Assembly (NCBI GenBank): GCA_027923505.1
Contig: BROI01000004.1
Coordinates: forward strand, 248,001 to 312,000
DNA from: Mayamaea pseudoterrestris
Taxonomy: Eukaryota
Length of the DNA stretch: 64,000 nt
Direction of reading: 5' to 3'
The position numbers and the translations under genes were made by a program. Below are positions 1 to 9,000 of this stretch, piece after piece. Position 1 is the stretch's first letter; every line of letters begins with the position of its first letter. The notes beneath the pieces were generated by a model. The model saw only the letters and a list, made by a program, of their open reading frames with translations. It was not told where the DNA came from and did not search any database.

Positions 1-210
1 ACGATAGCAGTAGATCAGTCACTTGTCCTCAGCATGTAACACTCCCTCTTTGACTAGGTTCGTCTATCTATTTGTACTGCACTACACAGAAATGGTGTGA
101 TCGAGGATCTTCCGCATCGCAGACGAATTCGATGAATGCTCGCGCGAGCTTCCATGTCGGAACGAGAAATAAATGGCGGTAACGAAGTGGTCCGGAGGCA
201 ATAGTATGCA

Positions 211-552
211 TGACGTCATTGACACTGGCACTTGTTTCACAGTATTGTCACGTGACGCAGTTTTCATTGGCACTCGTTTCGCAATATTGCCTAGTGACGT
301 AGTTTTCATTGGTACTCGTTTCGTACTATTGCCTAGTGACGTAGTTTTCACTGGCATTCGTTTCATGTTACTGCCTTGTGACGTAATTGACACTGGCACT
401 CGTTTCACAATATTGCCTCGTGACGTAGTTTTCACTGGCACTCGTTTCGTCATATTGCCTCGTGACGTAGTTTACACTGGCACTCGTTTCGTACTATTGC
501 CATGTGACGTAATTGACACTGGCACTCGTTTCACAATATTGCCTCATGACGT
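211..552 (+). repeat. 42-bp tandem minisatellite, 8 full units plus a partial unit (consensus ~TGACGTAGTTTTCACTGGCACTCGTTTCRYANTATTGCCTCG)
   Basis: TGACG recurs at 211, 253, 295, 337, 379, 421, 463, 505 and 547, an exact 42-bp period. The whole unit is conserved and there are no unique spacers. Confidence 0.97.
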
Positions 553-673
553 AAACTGTGCAGGTGGCGCGCCGTGGCTTGTTCCAACTCCAATTTTGCG
601 GCAATAACCACTCAAAGAGGTTGAGAAGAGGAGCAACACAGCAGCTCTCCTTCTTTTCCTACCATAGTTTAAT

Positions 674-1846
674 ATGCTTGATAGCATCTTGTCAATTTTC
701 GGTATTGGAAAGCGAGTCGCCGTTGAAAACATTGGCGAAACTCCAGCCGTGGCAGCCAACGACCATTTAGAACGAATGGAGGAGGATGCTCCAGTCTCAG
801 CCGTAAAGCAGGGGAGTTTAGTTGCTGCAGAAACAAATAATGGCGCTGACATGGACATTGTGCAAGATACTCCTCTTGAGCCTGATGCGTTGTATGGCTC
901 TGGCACTATTGTGTCAAGAGGAAAGGCAGATGCGTCGCCTGCGACGAAAATGAACACTAACGAGACTCGAGTCGTTGCAGAGCCCCAAAAACCAAGTAAA
1001 GATTCACGGATAGTTATTAAAGAGATTCCCGTCGCCACGAAACAGGAATCTGCGTCGCAAACGGCTGTTGCTCGAGACGGGCAGCAAAGAATACCTCCAC
1101 CCTCCTCGCCGTCAGTGTCAGCAACGAATACATCAATATCCACTCCATCTGAAACATCCAGTATAGATGATTGCGTATCAACATCTGTCCCTTTACAAGA
1201 ACGTAAAGCAGCATCAACTATGGACGAAAAGAATATATCTTCCTCCACCGCAGAGAATCGCGCATCTGCGCTAGTTGATGACATGAAAGGCTCGGCGCGA
1301 AACAATCCTATTACGCCGTTTGCTGGCTTGGCGTTACCAGCAGCCGAAACAACAGCAGCAGCCGAAGCAGCATCAGCTCCAAGTCCTCCTGTTCCTACGA
1401 AATGCTACAAGTGTCACAAGCGCCGGCCCGAGGGCTGCTCCAAGTCCGCCTGTTTCGCTTGCTGCGATGACTTGAGATGCGTTCCGCACAAGCGCACACG
1501 CGATCAAGCATTGCTGAAGACGCAAATACTGCAAGGCACAACACCCATCCAACTACGCGCAGCCGAGATTCGCTCACGGCGGATTCCCGACAAGCGACGC
1601 TTCGTCAAGGAGCCAGGTTTTCTGTATACTGGCGATACAATAATGATATGGAATGTTCGCGAGTTTTTGAGCAATTCCAAGTGGAAAGATGATGCCATTC
1701 GCAAGTGTTTGCGGCGAATGGAGCGAAGCAAAGTTGGGAAGAAGCTCACAGCACAGAAGCGGCTTGGTAATAGTCGAAGGCGGTTTCGCCGTTTCATTCA
1801 ACGAAGACTGGAAGAAAACATGGCAAAGGAGCCGTCAGTCGCTTAA
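674..1846 (+). CDS. Hypothetical protein with a low-complexity N-terminus, a Cys/His cluster (putative zinc-binding) and a basic C-terminus
   Basis: 390-aa ATG-initiated ORF. It contains CYKCHKRRPEGCSKSACFACCDDLRCVPH followed by an Arg/Lys-rich tail. Confidence 0.75.
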   Translation: MLDSILSIFGIGKRVAVENIGETPAVAANDHLERMEEDAPVSAVKQGSLVAAETNNGADMDIVQDTPLEPDALYGSGTIVSRGKADASPATKMNTNETRVVAEPQKPSKDSRIVIKEIPVATKQESASQTAVARDGQQRIPPPSSPSVSATNTSISTPSETSSIDDCVSTSVPLQERKAASTMDEKNISSSTAENRASALVDDMKGSARNNPITPFAGLALPAAETTAAAEAASAPSPPVPTKCYKCHKRRPEGCSKSACFACCDDLRCVPHKRTRDQALLKTQILQGTTPIQLRAAEIRSRRIPDKRRFVKEPGFLYTGDTIMIWNVREFLSNSKWKDDAIRKCLRRMERSKVGKKLTAQKRLGNSRRRFRRFIQRRLEENMAKEPSVA

Positions 1847-1882
1847 TGCAAATTGTAGCGCTATACATTTTAATGTAATTCT

Positions 1883-2794
1883 CTAATCGCTCTCATCCTC
1901 ATCAACTTCATTCTTCGCTTCATGTTCGTATGCACCCTTGTCAAGCTTCTCCAACAAATGCGGCGTTATAAATTGATTCATGGTGAACATGGTCACTTTA
2001 TCCTTCTTCATCACCTTTTTCAATGCATCGTCGCAAATAATTTCTCGCTTGTTGCTTGGATTCTGTAAATTGTGTGCCTTGATATAGACCCAAATTTCCG
2101 AAACTACTTGTGGTCGCGGCATAATTGGTTTGCCGACAACGGCGGCCAATTCGTCCGACAATAAAAAGGGTGGTTGGGTGCCAACCTTGCGCTTCTTTGG
2201 TGAAGCCTTTGTGGCAGACGCGGTCTTGCGCTTGCGCGACTCTCGCGTTGGCGTGTTGGACGAAAGATCGACTGGTTTGAAGGGGTGAATGTGAGCGCCA
2301 ACGTACTTGTTCATGGTGAACATTGTAAAAGTGTCGCAGCCGAAGACCTTCTTCATGGGTGCGTCTAACAAAATTTCCCTTCCATTGTTTGGATTTTGAA
2401 GGTTGTGCTCCTTGATGTATTCCCAAAGTTTCTTGACAATGGCAGTCCGAGCCATTTTGTTGCCAGCTCCCAAAAAGGCTGCTAGTGGCTCGCTGATTTC
2501 CTTCTCGGCGGCGAGTCCTCCGCCACCTTGTTTTGGTTTCTTCTTGAGTAGTAGTTCCAAATCCGAGTCCTCGCCATCGCTTTGGTGTTCATCTTCTTGC
2601 TCCTCGTCATCGGAATCTTCCGTCAGGGCATCCGTCAAGGCTTGCTTAATAAAGTCTTTGCGCGGCTTCAAATCAACGCCAAATTCTTTGGAAAGCTGCT
2701 TGATGAAACTCTTGATGGTCAAAGTCTCGGTATCGACTAACTTGACGAGCTCCTTGACTTTGATAACAACTTCATGATCGGATGGTTCCGTCAT
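1883..2794 (-). CDS. DEK-C plus two SWIB/MDM2 domains (UAF30/TRI1-like chromatin protein)
   Basis: The N-terminal helical region is DEK_C-like. Two SWIB motifs follow: RTAIVKKLWEYIKEHNLQNPNNGREILLD and RPQVVSEIWVYIKAHNLQNPSNKREIICD. Confidence 0.92.
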   Translation of the reverse strand: MTEPSDHEVVIKVKELVKLVDTETLTIKSFIKQLSKEFGVDLKPRKDFIKQALTDALTEDSDDEEQEDEHQSDGEDSDLELLLKKKPKQGGGGLAAEKEISEPLAAFLGAGNKMARTAIVKKLWEYIKEHNLQNPNNGREILLDAPMKKVFGCDTFTMFTMNKYVGAHIHPFKPVDLSSNTPTRESRKRKTASATKASPKKRKVGTQPPFLLSDELAAVVGKPIMPRPQVVSEIWVYIKAHNLQNPSNKREIICDDALKKVMKKDKVTMFTMNQFITPHLLEKLDKGAYEHEAKNEVDEDESD

Positions 2795-3078
2795 AGCGAT
2801 AGAATATCGTTAACGATTGCAATGAACCGTTGGAATGCTTCAAGTCTCACGCTGTGAACGAACCTCTTCTTTCGTGGGTCATGTTGTTGGCGGCCCTCGT
2901 GTTCGCCGAAAGCGAAGCGCGGCCGCCGCGCTTTCAGTAACGGACCGACACGCCAAAATTTGAAACGGACCCGCGCTGCCATGACTGCGTGAACAACGAC
3001 CAAGTCGTTCCATCCTTGACAGCACCTTTGTCCTGCAGCAGCGCTATTAGTTAACCTGCGACTACCTCTACATACACT

Positions 3079-6000
3079 ATGGAAGACTCGGCAAGCCATA
3101 CTGACGATGGAGCTTCTCAATACTCTGATGACGAAGGCTCGTACCATAGCGATGGTAATGGCTCCTATAGCGACGAACAATCGCAGCACTGCGGTTCAGC
3201 TGGAGCATCAATTCGTTCCGACGACGACAATGGTCGCAACAGACGGAGAAGAGGACGGGATCAATTAGCAAATGACAATGCAAGCTACGACTCCCAGCAA
3301 GAAAATTCTCAGGAAGGCAGTTACGACTCTCGCTCTCAGGCTGCATCTTCGCAGCAATCAGAGGCTCATGACGGTCAAAGCGACTACACTGGAGGTGACG
3401 ATGGATCACGTTCCTACTATAGCGACGAGCGATCAGGCAGTCAGCGAGACGATGACTATAGCAGAGGCTCGCAGTCTCGAGGGTCGCGCTCCTACTACTC
3501 GGGCGACGATGACGAGCGTTCCTACAGGTCGGGCTCGGATCAAGGGTCTCGTTCCTACTACTCGGACGAGGAACGTAGCCGATCATATCCAGGCTCGGAA
3601 CGATCTCGATCACCAGACTCATCTTATGCAAGCCAGAGTCAGTCAACCTACGAACAATCCCATGATATGCTTTCGCTAATACAGGAGGAAGACTCCAGGG
3701 CGGAGCAATCCATAATATCGGGCCCTTCGGTGATTGCAGAGGCATGGGAGCGAGAACAACGAAATGAAGCGGCGGTGCAGGAAGCTAGCGAAGACTACTG
3801 TAAGAGTAAAAAAATTTTTGTTTCGCAGCAGAGTCAGTCATTGCACGAGTCTCAACCACAAAAGTTCGATGGAGATGACACTGATCATGGCGACGACCAT
3901 CACGACGACGACGACAGTCGCTATAATGATCATGGCGACGACCATCACGATGATGACAGTCGCTCGCAACATTCGCAATCGTCCTTCAACTCGCAATCTA
4001 ATGGTTCACATTCGCAACAATCTGCCGGAAGCGATGCATTGTCATTGGAACGTAGTCGAACTGCACCGTTTGACGCAGGTTTTGGACAAATAGGTGAAGT
4101 GCACCAAAATAAAAACCAAAGAAACGGAGGAGACGACGACTTTGGGTTTGGCAATGATGCGTTTAGCGATGACGCTTTTGCAGACAATGTTTCACCGTTT
4201 GGTGACGGAGGTGCAGATTTCAGAAACAGCGAATTTGCTCCATCTGAGTCGGCTTTTGACACTGGTTTTAATGGCAATAATGAGTCGTCATTCGGTGCTA
4301 ATTTCAGCAATGGTGAAGATGCAAAAGTGCTTGGGCCGGGAGGCCAGGCAGACGCAGGGAGCTCCTCGTCTGACGCAAAAGTAGAATCTGACGATTGTAG
4401 TGGGAACGTTTGGGGTGATCGTGCTTTCCCTGAGTCTTCGCAGAATGAATCGTCGGTAATACTGTCAAGTAAAACTCCTGGTCGTATTTCAGCCGATAAA
4501 TTTGTACAAAACTCAGTGCGACCCCCAAGTTCTCGCCAAGTAAACGAGCATCCTACTGAAAGTGCTTCAAGCGCTCGTGTGGTGGCTACCTCGAGAGTCC
4601 AAGCATTAACAATGGCATTTAACCAGTCGGATCCGAGACAAAGAGCTGCGATGCTCTTGGCAAAGGCTGGTGATGCTTTTGATACCAACGACACTGCTGT
4701 CGATAGTTCCGCGAGCGAGCATTCTCAACGGAGCAATATTTCATCGCGATCTGGTTCCGACTCCTTGGTTGCAGACAACCAAAATAATCAGTTCGTTGGA
4801 GAAGACTCTCATCATTCAGGCCAAAGCCATAGCGGAATGTCAGCAAATGCAGCAGCTTGTAACGGTGGGAGAGATTTCGTCGACGCCGAAGGTGGTGAAA
4901 GTGCTGCAGAGTTGGAAGAACTTGAAGATTCACTGTCAATATCTAATCTTGAAGACTCATACCCTGGCCCATCCACTACGCGAAACAGGCAGCCTGACTC
5001 GAATAGATCTACAGAAAATGACTCAACCGAGGATGGCTCTCTGCAATCACGAGGATCAATAGCGAATTCGGACTCAAACGATAACAATCAGTTGATGGAG
5101 CAAAACTCAGATTCCCTAAGCGGGATACATACGAATGGCAAAAATCAATTTCCGACGGTCAAAGATGATCATTCTCTAGCTTGTGGCTCCCGAGGCCCTC
5201 GGTCGCACACGGAAGGGAGCGAAACTTCGTTTAAAAGTCTGCAAGAGTCGTGCTCCACGTCTGCGAGGAGCCACTCCCCGTCTTCAGCTGGATCGGCAGC
5301 GGATCTTTCGCGAGCAAGTGGCAATGGATCGCGAGGTTCTGAATCGTTTTCTCGTTTAGAAAGAAGTAATTCGCTTTCCGCTGACAGGTCAGACGCGTCA
5401 TATTCACAAGAAAGCAATCAACGATCGCGGGATTCTGGTTCAATTTCGCACTCAGAAGTGACCCGCTCTTCCTCGCCTGCCCAATCAGATGCATCTTTTT
5501 CGCAAAAAAGCGAAGATCGATCACGTGTATCAGAGTCATACTCGCAGTCGGAAAGAACCCGCTCCGTTTCGCCTGATGCGTCTGATTCGCAAAGAAGCGG
5601 CGATCGATCAGGTGTATCAGAGTCTTTTTCGCAGTCGGAAAGAACTCGTTCATCTTCGCCTGACGGAACAAATGCGACAGACTCTAAAAGAAGCGGCGAC
5701 CGTTCGCTGTCGGACAGAAGCTCATCGCCGTCGGGTTCATACTCCCACAGATCAGAAGATCGTTCAGTGACGAATAACTCCCAGACGCTTTCAAATCACA
5801 GTGATTATCACTCCGAGTCGTCGTCAATGGATGAATATCCGCCTTCGCATAGCCCGTCAAAGACATATGGAATGCATGCGTCAAATGCTCAGAATAGCAC
5901 AGGTACAAATGGATCAACAATGAATGATAGCACACCCTCGTTTGCTAACGAATCATCTGTAGAGCTAGGTGATAGTTTTAAGGACGAGTCGACATCCGAG

Positions 6001-9000
6001 CAAAGCCATACTGATCATGGACAGGTATATGTGGGTGCAACAGTTTTGAATGACAGCAGCGCCGGCAGTAGCGCAGCAGATTCATTTGCTGCAGAATCGT
6101 TTGCAAACGAATCAATTACTGACGGTTTCGACGACTCACCGGCACGAAATCCAGCGTCGGGTTCACCGCGTTCCCACTTAAAACCCAGTCCCGCTGTCGA
6201 TATCGAAAATGGCCAAGTCAATGAGGAGGCAACGCGAGTGTTTGAGAATCATGAGCAACAAGACGGATCACTTAGTGCTGACGCGGAAAACTCCTACAGT
6301 AGCGGCGATGAGGAAGACTCATTTTTTGAGAAAACGCTCATTGCGCAAGAACCTGACATGCTACCGCGCATTACAGAGCATAGCGTGGCTGAGAAATCTA
6401 ACTTTGACGAATCAGAATTTGGTCATTCGGCGCACGCAAGTGTCGGGGAGCTGAGCTTGAGAAGCATATTTTCATCGTCGAGCCGACGATCCCGTGTTCG
6501 ACGGGGCGCTGCGGGTTCCGTCGTTAGTGGTGCAAGTGGCATTCATAGTGTCGACACGCTTGACGTCTCAATCGTCAGTGGCATGAGCAATTATTCGGAA
6601 CAAGTAGAGGAGAAGGGACGAGGCTTAGCTCAGAAGAAAGGATACTCGCGAGAACAGATGAGGAAACTTCGACATGACCGACAAAAAGGTGACAGTGGAG
6701 AGTCAGCGACGGGTGAGGAGGCGAGCCGCGGAACGAGTGTCGGCAAAGGTTACAACGCGAAGAGGTCACGGAGCAAGCGTGCTAAAGTCAAAGTAAAAAG
6801 TGACTCTCTTTTAACTCTAGTCGCTAATGTGTCTGAAGCTATGGATGACATCGATAAAGAGGTTTTGGACGAAGAAGAAAAGAAGGAAGACGATGCATCA
6901 TCGGCAAAAGAGCTTCTTCTGGGTTTTGAAGCTCTCGTCGGAATTATCTTGCAATTTTCGGATGAGTTGGAGTTGATGTCGACCTTTGCAAGAAAAAGGG
7001 ATGCTGCTTCAATTGATGCATTACAAAGTCTTATTAACTTCGCTCCTGTTATAGATGACGTTTTCGTCGAGCTAAATCCGATTCTGCAGCAATGTTTAGT
7101 GGACGACGTCGATGAAGAAATGAATGATCTTTTGTATGGAATGAATTTGACTCTAGATTTGCTGTGCGAGATGACACACCTAGTCGGAGAGCGCCAGGAA
7201 TGGAACATCAGGGCCAACACCTCTTACGTGACATTGCTTGAGCTGTTATCTCGGGACGCTCTCGAAGTCGCGTGTATTTTTGATGACATCGACACACCTG
7301 AATATGAGTTGACTGAGCAGATTGAGGATGCGTGGTCAAATACGGGCCATGAAGAAGAGTTCAAAACGCTTCAAGTGACTGCCGACCTCACGATATTTCG
7401 CCAGATTTGTTATGATGTCATGCTTAGTGTGGACCATTGGTGTCCCGATATCAACACTCTTATGGATATATGCGGCATCGATGACACGATGCTCGAGAAT
7501 GAAACTGTAGAGGACCATCCCGATGATCGTATGTTTGAAACGCCCGAAACGGCGCTGCAGGTTCTAGAAAAGATTAACGGTGATGTTCTTCCTCGAACTG
7601 TGACCATGTCGAGAGTAATGCGGCGAATTATGCCAACTGATTTTATAACGGACCAATTGCAACGAGACCACATCCAAATGTTAAAAAGCACGGTCAGAGA
7701 CCAACTGGGACTCCCCGTGTCGAACTTAGTTGCCATCTCTTCCGCCCCAGAAGTGCTTAATGAGCCCGAATCACCCGGCATTGCTGGTGTTGGCAAGACC
7801 ACACTGGCTGCCATGGTGGCCAACCATCCCGACACTCGCAAGTTCTTTAATGATGGCATAGCGTGGATTCATATCGGCCAGAAGGAAGTGACTTACACGC
7901 GATATATACAATGCCTTCGGGAATTGATGGCTCAAATTGATATCGGAGATGACGAGGAACCGCTTTTCCCGGAATTGCTACACGTTCCATGCGAGTCGCA
8001 AGCAAGAAGGCGACGACGTGAGGAGGGATTCATGATGTATGCCCGTGAAATCATGGTCGATTTCCTTCAGTTTCGTAATGTCCTGATTATTTTGGACGAC
8101 GTCAGCTTCGAGCCCGATTTGGACTGGTTTGATTTTGATCCTGCTGCCCTTCAAACGGACGAAACCGACGACGAGTTTTCGTGCGTAATCCTTGTAACGA
8201 CACGCTGTCGAAACCTACTGCCTGCTGCGGACACGATTGAAGTTGACATGCTATCGAAAAGGGATTCAATCAAATTGCTGGTGCAGGAGTCTGGAGAGCT
8301 TGCCTCGAGTTTAAGTGCGTCGGCTCAAACCGAATCGGTTGTCAAAGAGTGCGCGTATCATCCATTGGCGGTGAAAAGTGTTGGACGTTGGCTTAATTTG
8401 AAGCATGCTACCGCTGGAGTATCCGATACGAATAGCGAAATGCACCAGGACGTCATTAACTCAATTGAAATGATTTTGAAAAGCGCCAATCAGGAAGATG
8501 CCGACATGATGTACGAGATATTGAATATGAGTCTTAGTCCGGCTATCAATGGCGAACCAACAAACATCATTAAATTTTGCTTTGCGGCTTTTGTACTGGT
8601 ATTTTGCGATAAGAACCAGATATCTGATTTCGCGCTAGCTGACGCTACGCCGATCGTTCCGCTTACAATTGCCGAGACACTTTTCGAGGCTCTTTTGCAA
8701 ACTGAAGAGCAAACATTGCTGCAAGAAGGAAGCTTATTTTACGCTCAAAAGAAGGAAGCCGCCGTTCTGATACCGGAGGCGCTCTCAGCTTTGGGTGTGT
8801 TGAAGGTGATTATCACTTTTACAGCCGCCGAGTCAACAGAGGAGGACAGCCAACCTGATGAGATAGAAGAAAAGTACCTGCAAGTCATGCATGCTGTCCA
8901 AGAGGAGTACGGCGAATACTTGTACCAAGAGGAGACGACGCTTGCGGACTTGACCAAAGACGCGCAGGAACGATGGAACCGGGCATTTGGTTTGGCTTAC

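Noticed and set aside
211..552. CRISPR array
   Set aside because: The entire 42-bp unit is conserved, there are no unique spacers, there are no cas genes and the context is eukaryotic. The same applies to 21857-22168.
82..607. ORFs 82..453 and 173..607 (and 21811..22053) as 14-aa repeat proteins
   Set aside because: They are a by-product of a 42-bp unit that is a multiple of 3. Array 2 has an in-frame stop and no protein motif is recognisable.
544..1305. Long antisense ORFs overlapping real genes (e.g. 544..1305, 3945..4694, 62339..62992)
   Set aside because: These are shadow ORFs on the opposite strand of well-supported CDSs and have no motifs of their own.
2945..2970. CGCCAAAATTTGAAA as an E2F/CHR-like cell-cycle element
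   Set aside because: It is a short single motif that cannot be distinguished from chance without comparative data.
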